64,000 bases of DNA from Utricularia gibba (taxonomy: Eukaryota > Plantae > Magnoliophyta): positions 1,736,001 to 1,800,000 of the forward strand of contig CM007992.1 in NCBI GenBank assembly GCA_002189035.1. Reading direction: 5' to 3'. The first letter of the stretch is position 1. The number at the start of each line of letters is the position of its first letter. Below the pieces are notes generated by a model. That model saw only the letters and a list, made by a program, of their open reading frames with translations. It made no database searches and was not told the origin of the DNA. Below, piece by piece: positions 13,465 to 27,149 of this stretch. Made by a program: the position numbers and the translations under genes.

Positions 13465-14038
13465 CATTCCAGTCTCAAAGCTAAACAACAATAAAGGATG
13501 CATAACAAAGCGTAAACAGTAAATCTTTCACATAGAAAAACTAAAAACTATTCTTTGTTAAGAATAGTGTTCTTCAAGAGTAAAAGAAATCGTCAAAAGG
13601 GAGTTTATTTTTCTGGATCATCTTCCTCGTTCTTTTGTGTGTTCTTGCAATTTTTTGCCAATCCCTTTCTCCCCATAATTCTTTCCCCCAAGTCTTTAGC
13701 GTGATATTCAAGGGTCAAGATATTTCTTCTCTTTCCTATCATTTCCAAAAATGCTTTTCTTTTCTTTCTTAGAATTTGGTTGTACTTCTTTCAGACTTTT
13801 GTTCATAACCTCTACAATTTCATTGTGCTCTTTTGGATTCCTAGGGAATTGGGCTACTGACATACACTACATTGCACAAGAGAATTATAAGAATTAAGAT
13901 TGAGACTAAATAACTAAGAATAAAAGATGCAAAGATGGTACTAGTTGCAAAAGTATTGAAATACATAATAAACTTGAGTTTTGTAGCATAATATGAGTCA
14001 TTTTCCTTCAATCAAATACTCAAAAATATATGTTATCA
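13465..14038 (-). mobile_element. Truncated Athila-type LTR related to the 15128 family
   Basis: Ends atatgagtcatttt...tactcaaaaatatatgttatca, as do the LTR ends at 16296 and 24007. Internal gtctcaaagctaaacaacaa also matches. The other end is missing. Confidence 0.65.
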
Positions 14039-14049
14039 CCTAAGTTGAA

Positions 14050-15122
14050 TCATTTTTTAAAAAGCCTCCCACAAGAAAAATCTACCAGCTTTACTTGGAA
14101 GATAAACTATGTTTAGCAAAAAATGAAAAAGAATTCTTAAAATTTGATTGTTGGAGTGATAGAAGGTAAATGAACTGAAATAAAAGATATTATTACGCAT
14201 GTCATATGATATTTTATCTATTACTTCTACAATAGTTGCATTGAAATCAATTTTTTGTACCAAAGAAAGGTTTCTTGATCCATGTCGTGCTTCTTTTTCG
14301 AAAGAGACTGTTCAAGTTCTTTTACGCATATGTAATTGAGTTCATTGCCTTCATGAATTAGAAAATCTAAATTGTTATGATAATTTTTATTTTAATTGCA
14401 TATAACTAGCTCTATTTTTAATTATAATAATGTTTATCTCATTTTATTTAGGTGAAAGAAGAACCTTTGGAATTTACTTGATCATGAAACCTAGTTGTAA
14501 AAGGTTAGAACTTGGAAGAAGAACCTTTGGTAATTTGTGATTGTTCATATTGCATGCTTTTTGAATTTGTGAGTTCTGAGTTGTGACTTTGTAATATTGT
14601 GACTTTGAATCTATTGATGTTAGTAACTTTGGTTTAAACTTTCTTGTTACTTGTTGTGTTGGTTTAGACTTTTCCATGAATTTGTTTGTTGCAGTAGGTT
14701 TTAAAACATAGTAGATTGGATCGAAAATCAATAAATCACTAGGCGGTAGGCACTAAAGTCTGAATCTGCAGCAACACTCGAACTCGATATGCCTGTCAAC
14801 AAAATTATATTCATTAGGAAGAAGGTGATGCAGAAGATACCCAGTGCCAGCATATTGGCTGCATGGATAACGATGCAAATCGGTGTGGGTCCACCTATCC
14901 ATATGTGTGTAGTGGAAATTGTGCAGATTTTATAACTACTGCATCAAATACTATACTAACAAGGTAGGGGTGATTTTGAAATGTACCAACCATTAAAAGA
15001 CTGCATAACAAAATTATTTATTGTGTGTACAATTTTTTGTGCTTAGAGTGTGAAACAGAAATCAAGGATACAGGGTAGTTAGCAAGCACTAGTAAAATTG
15101 ATGATGATCAACCAAGCTATTC
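14050..15122 (-). pseudogene. PIF/Harbinger ORF1 (Myb/SANT) remnant, C-terminal part, interrupted by the Athila element
   Basis: Joining 24013-24100 to 15122 across the TSD gives DMVKNE*LG*SSSS, resembling ..NETGLGWD... ORF 14057-14263 resembles the ORF1 C-terminus. Weak, by-eye similarity. Confidence 0.4.
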
Positions 15123-15127
15123 ATTCT

Positions 15128-16296
15128 TGATAAATAAAAAATTTATGCAACGTCATTAGAATTGCAAGTTTTCTTATCAAATAAAATTTATAAACCTAAT
15201 TCACATCAAATCATATGAAAAATATGAGCATAGTGGACTAGGGTCGAACACAAGGAGCATGGTGCTTGCTATGTGAAAATCAATGCAGGAAATCAGTGTC
15301 ATGTTGGTAAATTTGATCTTAACTAGAACTAAGGCAGAACTACGATGGAATGCAGTAAAGAAAAGTAACAAGCTTTAGAACTCGGTTGTTTCTGAGATGA
15401 AATGGGTGATGTCTTGGGACTCCTAGGGGATATATGCTTATCACTAAACAAGCTCACACAAACCATAAATCAAACACTTAACACACAAAGTCTAGATCTA
15501 CCCGGACTCTTGTTTTCCCCCTAATCTTTGGTCTACCTCTAATTAAAATTGTTAAGATGGGTTTCACCACTCTCCCCTCCTGGATCTATCCTGCTTTATT
15601 AAGGAAGTGGCGTGACTTATGGTTGATTAGGTCCAAAGAATGATTAGCACATTTCTCCCCCTTTCACCCCAAGGCACCCCCTAAGTGTTTAACCACTCAT
15701 AACAAGGGAAAGAAAAACTTTTTCATAGCATATCCTAAGCAACATTCTGGTCTCAAAGTTAAACAACAACAAGCAGTGTATAACAGAAATAGAAAAGACA
15801 AATTGTTCACGCAGTAAATCTAAAACTAGTCTCAGCTAGTAACAGTTCATCAAGAACGGAAGAAAATCTTCAAAGGAAAATGTGTTCTTCTGGTTCGTTG
15901 TCCCCTTCTTTCTTCCCCAGAAAAATTCTCCAAATTGCTATGTCGTGTGTCTCCAATGGGGGAGAGCTTTTCTCTCTCCATCTTGTCCTCATTTTTTTCC
16001 AAAATCCTCCTTTTTCTCCTCCTTGGATTTTGTGTGTACCCCTTTTTCAGACTTATGCCTCATCCTCTATCACTATACTATTCATGTTCGGCTCCTTGGG
16101 ATTTGTGTTGACGACATGTGGTGCACTGCTCAAAGAAAACTATTAGAAGGTTGGGACTCAATCGCACAACTAAGACTAAAATAACACGACTACGGTAATA
16201 TTCGTAAAATCATAAAAATAGGCAATAAAGCTTAATTTTTGCAGCACGATATGAGTCATTTCCCTGTATTCAATTACTCAAAAATATGTGTTATCA
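15128..16296 (-). repeat. 3' LTR of the Athila-like element (1169 bp)
   Basis: Direct repeat of 22831-24007. A hand count gives roughly 22-24 differences in the first ~305 bp (about 92-93% identity). Confidence 0.95.
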
Positions 16297-17559
16297 CATT
16301 ATGCTTCAACGACACAAGACTTGTCCTCAAGTCCTAACTAAGACTACCAGGAGGTAAGCAATTGAGGGATTTCCAAACAGCCATGCAGACACGTGACATT
16401 TAGGTTCAAAATGTAGGAATTGAAAGAGTGCTAGTGTGCAAGAAAGGTAATCACTCAAGCATACATGTGAATTTCATCAAAATAAGTGCCTTCAAAAATT
16501 AAATAAGCTAACATGACATAGTTAGACTTTCAATGGGACACTGGTGGTCTCTTTTCATTTCTTTTCAATGGGACATCGTTAGGGAAGGTTCCAAGCTTAA
16601 CTCAGGCAATTGTCGCTCCCCTCCTTTGTATATGGAGTGTGGGTTAAGCACTCTTCTCCTTATTCCTCCTGAGGGTTTTCTACTCCTCTGAGTCATTCCA
16701 GTAACCTCCCTTCTCTCTTTACTCTGTTGTCTACACATGCTTTTTCATTGTGTGTTGCTTTTCAAGACATAGGGTCTCATCGCTTTTCTTATGATGATGC
16801 TTTTTAACCCCCTCGTTTTCTTCATCTTTCTATAAGCTTTTTGACCACCAGTATCCATGAAAGAACCAAATATGTCAGTTTGCACAAAAAAAATCTCGAA
16901 TGCATAAATCAAAATCCATTACACATATTGCTACCTCACGAAGATAAGCAGGCTAAAAGTCATGCTCACAGGTGTACAAATGGTTAAAGTAAAATTCATG
17001 CATTCCGTGCTTCATGAAAAACATCATGCATGCATATGGAAATTCCTCAAATAGCTTGCAAAATTCACCTGATCCTAGTACTCAACTACTAAATTATTCC
17101 TAACTTAGACTAACGCCATAAAAGTAAAAATAAGAATAAAACAAGAACAATGGCAGCAATGTTACTTGATCAGGGAGGAGTCCTTCACTTTCTGTTTGAG
17201 TTCTTTTACTTCCTTCAATAGATTCCCAAGCCCATCATATATCATGTCAATCCTCTCCTTGTAGCAGCAATCTTTCTCATTCCTTCGGGTCGTGGCTATT
17301 TGATCAGAGGTATCATGACCCATGTATGTTCTTTGCTTGTAACCGCAATGTAACTCCCTGTTTTGCAACAGGAAACACAGTAAAAACTCTCCAAAATAAC
17401 TCCTAGTTACGTCTAAAAGTGCAAAACTAAAAGCACGTGAAAATAAATATAAAAACTACTGAAATTAAATTTGGATTGCCTCCTAAGAGCGTCCCTGTTT
17501 TCAGTCTTGAACTAGACTTTCAGCAAGTTCTACATTGTTTCTATGTCCCTTAGGACAAG

Positions 17560-20500
17560 AACTTCAACTTCTTCAGCCAACCTGTTTTGAAGATTTTCAT
17601 AAAAAACCTTCAACGTATGTCCATTCGAAACAAATGGTCCAATCCAACGAGATTTGAGTTACCCTGGGTGTAACTTCAGCCTAGATTGAAACAGCAAAAC
17701 TTTCTGACCAACTTCAAAGGACCTCCTGGAAATGTTGTTGTCATGGTAACTTTTAGTCCTAACTTTGAATAACTTTGAGTTTTCATAAGCATCATTCCTC
17801 AGCTCTTCCAGTTCTGAGAACTGTAATTTTCTTTGGCTTGCATTGAGACTTTCATCAAGGTTTAACCTCTTCACTGCCCACCAGGCCTTGTGCTAACGCA
17901 GCAGGTAACCTGCAAGGTTTTCCATAAACTAACCTGAATGGAGAGGTCCCAATTGGTGTTTTACATGCTGTTCGAATTGCTCACATAGCATCCCTTAGTC
18001 TCAGACTCCAGTCCTTCCTGTTCGAGTTAACCACTTTCTTCAGAATCTGTTTAATCTCCTTGTTTGATACTTCCGTTTGGCGATTTGTTTGTGGATGGTA
18101 TGTTGTTGATGGCTTGTACTAAACGGTGAACTGCTTCAAAATGCTCCTTAAGGCCTGATTATAAAAATGCATACCTCTATCACTGAAAATGGAATCCTAT
18201 ATTGCACAAAAATGTTGTTATGCAGAAAATTTATCACTATCTTTGTGTCATCTATCCTAGTAGGAATGGCTTCAATCCACTTCGAGACGTAATCAACAGC
18301 TACTAAAATATAGTTGTAGCTTGCAGAGGTGGGGAATGGCCCCATAAAATCAATACCGCAAACATCAAATTCACATACCAGGATTCCTTGCTGAGACATT
18401 TTGTCCCTATTGGATAAATTTCCCACTCTTTGGGATGACTCACAATCCTTGCAATAAGCATAACAGTCTCTAAAGATGTGAGGCCAATAAAATCTGCAGT
18501 CCAAAATTTTTTTTTTTGTATAGTTTGGTCCATAATGGCCACCAAAGGGTCCTGCATGACAAAAATTGATAATCTTAGGAGTTTCAAACTCATGAACACA
18601 CCTTCGAATGACGCCATCATTGCGTCTCTTCCAGAAGTAAGGATCATCCCAAATATAATATTTGGCGTCACTCTTCAGTTTGTTCTTCATTTGATAATCC
18701 ATTCCTAGTGGCATCACTCCTGTTGAAACAAAGTTAGCCAAGTCTGCAAACCACGGTTAGCGAATATTAGTCCTAACTAAGAATAATTGTTCATCCGGAA
18801 ACATTTTAGTGATAGGACTTTCAGTCCTCACCCCTTCCATCCTGCTGAGGTGGTCAACAACCAAATTCTCTTTCCCAAGCCTGTCTTTAATTTCAACATC
18901 GAACTCTTGAACAAGGAGAACCCATCTGATCAACCGTGGTTTGGTCTCTTTCTTCTCCATCAAGTGTTTTATCGCCGAATGGTCTGTATAGACGACTACC
19001 TTGCTCCTAAAAGATAGGAACGAAATTTCTCCAAAGCAAAATTCACAGCCAAAAATTCTCTTTTAGTCACAGTGTAATTTTTCTGGGCTTCATCTAAAGT
19101 TTTGGAAGGATAAGAAATAACATGATGCTTTCCATCAATTTTCTGTCCTAAAACTGCTCCTACAGCATGACTACTAGCATCACACATAATTTCAAAATCA
19201 TACCTCCAGTTTGGTGGTTGTATCACAGGAGCAGTGGTCACAGCCTCTTTCAAACAATTAAAAGCATTTTTGCATGAATCATCAAAAATAAATTCCACAT
19301 GATTGTGCAAAATTCTACTAAGAGGCAAAGCAATCTCCACCCTTGACAAAGCAATTAAAGTCTCCTGTAAAAAAACCAACATGCCCCAGAAATGATCTCA
19401 CACCCTTGACATCAATGGGATATGGTAATTCAGTCATAATTTCGATTTTTGCTTTGTCTACCTCAATACCTTTCCTAGAAATAACATGGTCAAGCACAAT
19501 TCCATGATCAACCATAAAATGGCATTTTTCAGAATTAAGAACAAGATTTTTTTTCAACACATTTTCACAAAACTTGATCCAAATGGTCTAAACATGACTC
19601 ATAATTCTCTTCATACACTATAAAATCGTCCATAAAAATTTCAATGAAATCCTCATCAAAATTGGAGAAGATGATGGTCATACACCTCTGGAAGGTAGCA
19701 AGGGCGTTGCACAACCCAAAGGGCATCCTTCTATAGGCATAAGTCTCAAATGAACAAGTGAAAGTTGTCTTGTCTTGATCCGTACCTGAAATTGTAACCT
19801 GGTGATATCTAGAATAACTATCTAAGAAACAATAAAAAGATTTTCCTGCTAATTTTTCAAGAATTTGATCAATGAAAGGTAAAGTGTAATGGTCCTTCTT
19901 TGTGGTACCAGCTCCACCCATTTTGGATTCTTTGTGGCACCCGCTCTCCCTTCTCATTCTCCATCACTATCATACCAGTTTCTTGGGCACCATATGGATT
20001 GGACTCACCAATTCGCTATCTGTGATGGAATAGATAATACCTACATCATGATGTTTTACAATTTCCTTCTTTACCACTTCCATCATATTTGGGTTGAGGT
20101 GTCTTTATGACTAGCGAACAGGTTTGGCTCCATCTTCCAATAGAATCTTGTGCATACATATAGAAGGAGAGATGCCTTCAATATCTGCAAGGGTCCAACC
20201 AATTGCCTTCTTGTTCTTGATCAGCACCTCTAGCAGTCGCGATTCTTGGTCTAAGCTAAGACTATTAGAGATGATAACCAGGTTGTTCATTTTTTCATCC
20301 AAGAATGCTTACTTCAGGTGTGTGGGCAGTGGCTTCAACTCAATTGTTCTCTCCTCTAGGGTCTTGATTTGCATAGCATTCACCTATTCTGACCCTTTTT
20401 CAGCTTCCACTCTTGCAAAAAATGATTCCTCATGCTCTTCTTCCTTCTCTTGGATGGCCTTCTCGAAATGCTCCTCAACTAATTTATCCATCATTTCCAC

Positions 20501-22806
20501 TGAGCATATACTCTCAAAATCATTGAGATAATTGTTCACCTCCTTCATGTTCAGTGTAATCTTTTCGTCATCAAAGGATAATTCAATTGTGCCCATCTTC
20601 ACATTAATTATGGCATTGGAAGTGCTCAAGAATGGTCTTCCAAGGATGATGGTTGTATCCCTTGAACTTCCAGCAGGCATATTTACCACATAGAAGTCCG
20701 CTAGAAACACTAACTGCTCAATCTTTACTAGAACATCTTCAACCAAGCCTTTTGGAGAAATTACTCTTCAGTCAGCAAGCTCAATTTGCACTCCTGAGGC
20801 TTGTAGAGGTCCTAACCTGAGAGTCTCATACACAGAAAATGACATCACGTTGATAGAGGCTCCGAGGCCACCCATTGCTCTCCTAATGTTCAAGTCACCT
20901 ATTTTGCAAGGAATAAAAAATGTTCCAAGGTCCTTCCATTTTTCAGGTAGCTTCCAAGTCAAAAGGGGTGAGCAACTCTCACTAAGCTTCACCTTGTCTT
21001 TTTCCTTTAGTTTTGGCTTTAACATACAAAGTTGCTTCAGGTACTTCATGCTTTTGGGTACCAAGTCAATATACTCTAGCAATGTCAAATTTCATTGGGT
21101 ATTACCCAAACTCAACATTTTTTCTTTCTCATTTTGCTCTTCTCTCGCTTTCAGCCTTCCTGGAAATGGTGGTGGGGTTACTTTTACCATGAGAGGTTCT
21201 GTAGCAATCTCAACCTCCTGTTCTTCAACATCTCCTTCCATCTCAACTTCATACTCTTCTCCCGCCGCTAAATTACTCTTAGTTTGGACTAATTCTCTTC
21301 TAGGTTTTTCTTTTCCGCTTCTCAATGTCATTGCACTGATATTTTGTCCTTCCCCAGAGTTGGGATTTTGTTTGGCTTGCGACGGTCGGCTTCCTTTTTG
21401 CTTCAGTTCCCCAACCTCTGTTGCTAGCTGAGTGACTTGAATTTCTAGATTTTTGATAGCTTGTCGATTCTAAGCTTGGTTCTTGATTGATTGGGTCATG
21501 AAAATCTTCAAAATATCCTCCAATGAGCTTCCAGAATTTCCTCCAGAATTATTCTGGTTTGGAGACTGAAATTGCTATTGCATCTGTTGGTTTGGCTTGC
21601 GAAATGGTGGAGCTTGATAAGAACGTTGCTGCTGCTCTTGGAAATTTTGCTGAAATCCTTGCTGTCTAGCAGATGAACTCTCACCCTTGTAAGAAGAATC
21701 ATTATTACTCCATCTGAAATTTGGATGATCCCTCCATGCAGGGTTGTAGGTGTTTGAATAGGGATCATATTTCTTCCTTTGTGGCTCCAGATATCCCATT
21801 GCCTTCACATGTTCTTTCTCCATCAGTTCGGGACATTTACCAACAATGTGTCCCATCCTGTGGAAGTTCCTGCAAGGCATATTCTTAGCTTGTAATAAAA
21901 ATAACTCCTTCATCATCTCAAACATGGTAGCCACATTTTTCGTCAGCTCACTTTTTGATGACTTTGGCTTGCATTCTAGTTCATAAACCCTTATGTTCGA
22001 GGCCTGTTTTCTGATAATATGTCTGGAGTGCTCAGCCAACTCCTCAAGCAATGCAAGAGCTTCCATGAGATTTTTTTTCTCAATAACCCACATGCTGCAA
22101 AATCCACCATGGCTCTATCTGTGCATAGAAGTCCATCATAAAAATATTTGACCAATGCATTAGTCTGAAATCCATGGTGTGGGCAAGATCCTAGCAGATG
22201 ATTAAAACGCTCCCAATATTCATGCAAAGATTCACCATTTGACTGCTCAATGTCACTGATCATCTTCCTTATTCCTTCAGCCTTTGAAGTAGGGATATAT
22301 TTGTTAAGAAATACTTTCTTCATCCATGACCAATCTGTGATGCTCCCAGGCTTCAAAGAGTTGAACCACGTTTTTGCACTTCCTTCTAGTGTAAATTGGA
22401 ACGCCCTCAAACAGATGGCATCCTTAGTCATACCAACACTCTTAAAAGAGGTGCAAACAGCAGTCACGTTATCAAGATGTTCATGTGGGTTTTCTCCCAC
22501 CTTCCCATAATACTTAGGTAGAAAGTTAATCATAGTTGGCTTTAATTCGTTGGCTGTGTCATCAGAGAACCTGATACACAACCCTCTATACGTATGGTCA
22601 GCTACATCAAGTTCATTCAGGGTCTTTTTCTGTTCTGCCGTAATGAAATTAGCTTGAGTTACAGCAGGGAGTCTGCTCAACCTTGCTTTTTCTCTCACTC
22701 TTGTGCAATTCATGCAGATAGTTGTCTCGATTTCTAGATAGAAAACAAGATCACTTGCACCAGAAGAACGCAAATACATCAACCGAATCACGAAAGAATT
22801 AAACAC
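17560..22806 (-). pseudogene. gag-pol of the Athila-like element, with frameshifts and stops
   Basis: gag 21991-22806 (GENPHEHL, RAFQFTLEG.AKTW, ESLHEYWERF); protease 20768-21088 (GASINVM); RT 19318-19957 (KDHYTLPFIDQ, FMDDF); RNase H 18996-19382 (CDASSHAVGAVLGQ); integrase 18148-18741 (HAGPFGGH, C..C, GIDFMGPFP). Confidence 0.95.
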
Positions 22807-22809
22807 CGC

Positions 22810-22827
22810 TCCCTAGCAATGACACCA
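22810..22827 (-). promoter_or_regulatory. Degenerate tRNA-Asp primer-binding site
   Basis: Minus strand TGGTGTCATTGCTAGGGA versus the Athila PBS TGGCGCCGTTGCCGGGGA: 13 of 18 match and all mismatches are transitions. It lies 3 nt from the 5' LTR. Confidence 0.8.
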
Positions 22828-22830
22828 ATT

Positions 22831-24007
22831 TGATCAACGAAAAATTTATGCAACGTCATTAGAATTGCAAATTTTCTTATCAAATAAAATTTATGAATCT
22901 AATTCACATCAAATCATATGAAAAATATGAGCATAGTGGACTAGGGTTGAACACAAGGAGCATGGTGCTTGCTATGTGAAAGTCAATGCATGAAATCAAT
23001 GTCACGTTCGTAAATTTGGTCTTAACTAGGACTAAGGCAGAACTGCGATGAAATGCAGTAAAGAAAAGTAACAAGCTTTGGAACTCGGTTATTTCTGAGA
23101 TTAAATGGGTGATGCCTTGGGATTCCTAGGGATATATGCTTATCACTAAACAAGCTCACACAAACCATAAATCAAACACTTAACACACAAAGTTTAGATC
23201 TACCCGAACTCTTGTTTTCCCTCTAATATTTGGTCTACCTTTAATTAGAATTGTTAAGATGGGTTTCACCACTCCCCCCTCATGGATCTATCCTGCTTTG
23301 TTAAGGAAGTGGCGTGACTTATGGTTGATTAGGTTCAAAGATTGATTAGCACATTTCTCCCCCTTTCACCCCAAGGCACCCCCTAAGTGTTTAACCACTC
23401 ATAACAAGGGAAAGAAAAACGTTTTCATAGCATATTCTAAGCAATATTCTGGTCTCAAAATTAAACAACAACAAGCAGTGCATAACAGAAATAGAAAAGA
23501 CAAATTGTTCACGCAATAAATCTAAAACTAGTCTAATTTAGGAACACTTCATCAAGAACGGAAGAAAATCTTCAAAGGAAAATGTGTTCTTCTGGTTCGT
23601 CGTCCCCTTCTTTCTTCCCCAAAAAAATTCTCCAAATTGCTATGTCGTGTGTCTCCAATGGGGGAGATCTTTTCTCTCTCCATGTTGTCCTTATTTTTGT
23701 CCAAAATCCTCATTTTTCTCCTCTTTAGATTTTGTGTATACTCCTTTTCAGAATTTTGACTCATTCTCTACCACTACACTATTTATATTCGGCTCCTTGG
23801 GATTTGTGTTGACAACATACGCTGCATTGCTCGAAGAAAACTATTAGAAGGTTGGGACTAAATCGTAGATTTAGTCCCAACTAAGACTAAAATAACACAA
23901 TTACGGTAATATTCTCAAAATCATAAAAATAGACAATAAAGCTTAATTTTTATAGCATGATATGAGTCATTTCCCTGTATTCAATTACTCAAATATATGT
24001 GTTATCA
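22831..24007 (-). repeat. 5' LTR of the Athila-like element (1177 bp)
   Basis: TG..CA termini; followed on the minus strand by the PBS and gag. Confidence 0.95.
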
Positions 24008-24329
24008 ATTCTTCACCATATCCAATAAAAATCGAATATTCCTAATGATAAACCAAATATCCTCCTACACGATTAGTCACAAATTGTGGAAGGTCTTGTG
24101 AACCAAAACCCAATTAAAAGATAGAAGACATTCCAAAAAAAAATATAAATTTGAATAAAATTTGTAATGGTAATTAATCTCAACATTGAAATACTTAAAA
24201 AAACTCAAAGAAACAAGAAATATCAAGTATCCTTGATCACAACACGTCAACAAGAAATAAAAAAAGGATTCCAATAGTAGTAATTAATGATACAAGATTT
24301 GCAAAATTATCATCAATGAAATAAAAGCA

Positions 24330-25350
24330 GCCAAGAGTAATCACACCTCATGAGCAATGCTTTTAATATCCATCAAATAATTCATAGGATTGGTTTTGGA
24401 TCATTTCTACATAAGCTTCATCATTCAAAATGAGGAATACTTGCATCTTGCCGTGAGATGAGAAAATATTCTCACAAATTTTGGTAAACTAGAAAATTGT
24501 GATTCAAATATGATTACTTCGAATGCTTTTAGTAACTTCACATTGTTGCTTTTGCACACTATTTCAACCCCTCCATATTTAGAGGCGGCTGCTTCTATGG
24601 CAACATATATTCACTTGGCAAAAGCTTTTAATTTCATCATGAAGTCTGAGGTTCCTTCTCATTTTTTTTCTTTCTTGTTACTTTTGCAATGACTATTTAC
24701 ATTGATGATCCAATGCCCTCAAAAGATGTATTAGACTCTGCTTCAACCATGTTGGAAGCATCATTTTTCTCATTCTCATATGGTGGTGAGTGATGTTTCA
24801 CTTACTTCTATGGGTACAAAAGCTTGTTGTGTTGCATCATGAAATCTAACAATCATTCCTTAGTTATGTGATCATTTACAAAAATTTCAGACCAAACCTT
24901 AAATAGAAGCCAAGACTTGTTCCTCATAGCATTTGCCTTTGGATATGCCTATCACAAATAAATCTAAAAATAATAACATAACATAATGTGTGAATAATTA
25001 GTTGGGTATAAATATCACAAATAAATGTAAAAATAATAACATAACATAATGAATAATCATAATGCAAATTGGTTAATAACATGCAACTCAAGACAAACAT
25101 CAATCATGTTAGTTGTTGGATTCCATCCCATCCTACTTTTGATAAATTTTTAATAAGTAACTAGTATTGTGCCTTCCAGTTATGTACTTTGGGACTAATG
25201 TATGGATTGGCACACAAATCTGTTTCTTATAGCAAATGGTTTTCAATGGCTTGAAAACCATTTTTAATTTTCCATCTCTCTTCTATAGTTGTGTTCAAGA
25301 CTACCACCAACTGTTTTTCTTGATGTGGACTCCACTGATGTGTTTTCTTG
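24330..25350 (-). pseudogene. Further PIF/Harbinger ORF1 (Myb/SANT) remnant
   Basis: 25350-25070 reads KTHQWSPHQEKQLVVVL..RWKIKNGF..DLCANPYI.PKV..WK.QY..MGWNPTTNMI, matching the pattern WT.EEE..LV..GWK.DNGF..KANPHI.SRVK..GFGW. Confidence 0.55.
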
Positions 25351-26263
25351 TTGATTATATTAGAATCCATAGCTCCCCCTTGTGTAATTCCTATAACCTA
25401 ATATTCACAAAAACATATGTAGTTGATGAAATATTGCTTAAAGAATATTTAACACATAAGTATTGTAGCATTCTTAAAAAAATCATTATGTTATCATACT
25501 TGCAGTAATCATAAATGATATAAAACTATTTTGCATCAACATAATAAAAATTGCATGATACCATTCAAAAAACACATTAAAGTGAGAGCCTCATTAATGA
25601 TTTTTAACCTAATCATTATGTAAGAAATGATAAAGAGCATAGAATATTTGATTGCAATATTTAGAATGAAGTTGATAATTATTTAAAATTGATACATATA
25701 CATACTGTGCAGGTCGTGCGTAATGATGATGATGGTTAATGATAACAATCAAGTACTAATTGCAAAATGATGCGAGATTGAAAATTCATCCTTCAAATAA
25801 AGACTTGCCAGCATTGCAGGGTATAAAAACCCATTATTTCCATACAAAAAATAAATGAAACTACATAAAATCATACCTAATCACAAGAAGTGTTGTTCTT
25901 AATTAGAGATAAATCCTAAACGATTAATTCATTTGAAGTCAAAGGAAAAAGTAAATTAATAATTAATTATACAACAAGGCTGTTGTGGTAATTTAAATAT
26001 AAAATAACTAATACCCAATTATTAATATTATTTAACCAAACCAATGTGATTAGAAAACTTTAATTTATTAACCAAAGAACATTTAACTTTAAACCAATTA
26101 AACCCAAATAATTTAAATTCACAAGGGTAGTTGTATACTAAAAGAGGTGCACTAGTGAGATGTGTGAGGGCACGGTCTAAGATCATGATTGTAGGCATGA
26201 AAACAGAATCAGGGCACTTGTAACAATATTGATATTAGATGTCACAAGGAAACAATTTTAGAT

Positions 26264-26697
26264 TGTTGACAGAATATGAACAACAAAATAAAATCACAAG
26301 CTCGTTAATTCGATGTCCTAAAAAAATTGTAATCTCACGTTTAATTCGTCACACCTAAGATTCAAGTGATCTATTATAAACAAAAGATCCTCTTTCATAG
26401 AGAAGAAACAACCTCTGAAAAATGCAACTCCACTTTTAGTAAGACGAAGGAATTTTTTAGCGGGTTACAACCTTCCTATTTCGGGCATAAAACTTTAAAT
26501 GTTAGGTGGTTAGAGATTAAGTTTTGAGCTACATCAAGTTGAATGAGTTGCTACAATGTAGGTTTTTGGATCTCAGTTTTCACCCTTGTATCCCATTCGT
26601 TATTTCAAGCCCCACTAAATGTTGATAACCATAATTGTATATAAAGTATTATAATTGGAATTTACACACCCATTGTGGATAACTTAATTTCTCAACA
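26264..26697 (-). mobile_element. Probable Copia-type LTR (434 bp)
   Basis: Terminal inverted TGTTGA...TCAACA, followed by ctccaac (a possible decayed PPT complement). No TSD. Confidence 0.4.
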
Positions 26698-27149
26698 AAT
26701 ACTCCAACAAAGAATGCATTGCACGTGGTGTTCCTCCGAGATAAGCCTCCTTGCAGCCTCTACATTTTTAAAAGCATCAGAGGTTTCAAAATGTTAATAC
26801 TACCCAGTAAGTAAAGTTATACGCAGTCTCTGTTCTCATCTGATGATAAGTAGCACTTGTTGCTAAAAAAAGAGTAACGTCTTTCTCGCCCTGTTTTCTT
26901 CTACTTCTCCACTGAAAAAATGCTCCAACAGCTGCTGTTTACATGGTCATAAGCTTGCTGTGGGAGAAGTCATCAACACGTCCACCTCCACGTCATCATC
27001 ACTCGGGCATCCTGCCACTTCCGGCGGCTGCTCTACAGGACTCCAATGGTCATTTGAGCTCAGTGAAAACATTTGTACCCCGGCCATTGCAACAGGGGAC
27101 AGGGAGGGAGGTGTTCCCTTTATTACAGGCAATCCTACAGTTCTACTGC

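Larger units (their letters stand above)
15128..24007 (-). mobile_element. Complete Athila-like Ty3/gypsy LTR retrotransposon (8880 bp), non-functional
   Basis: Two LTRs with TG..CA ends, perfect TSD ATTCT (15123-15127 and 24008-24012), PBS, and gag-AP-RT-RH-INT order on the minus strand. Confidence 0.95.

Noticed and set aside
15880-16184. Hydrophobic ORFs repeated at 23584-23847
   Set aside because: They lie inside the two LTR copies and differ in stops; antisense readings of purine-rich LTR sequence.
20850-21431. 193-aa plus-strand ORF
   Set aside because: Antisense shadow of the gag-protease region.
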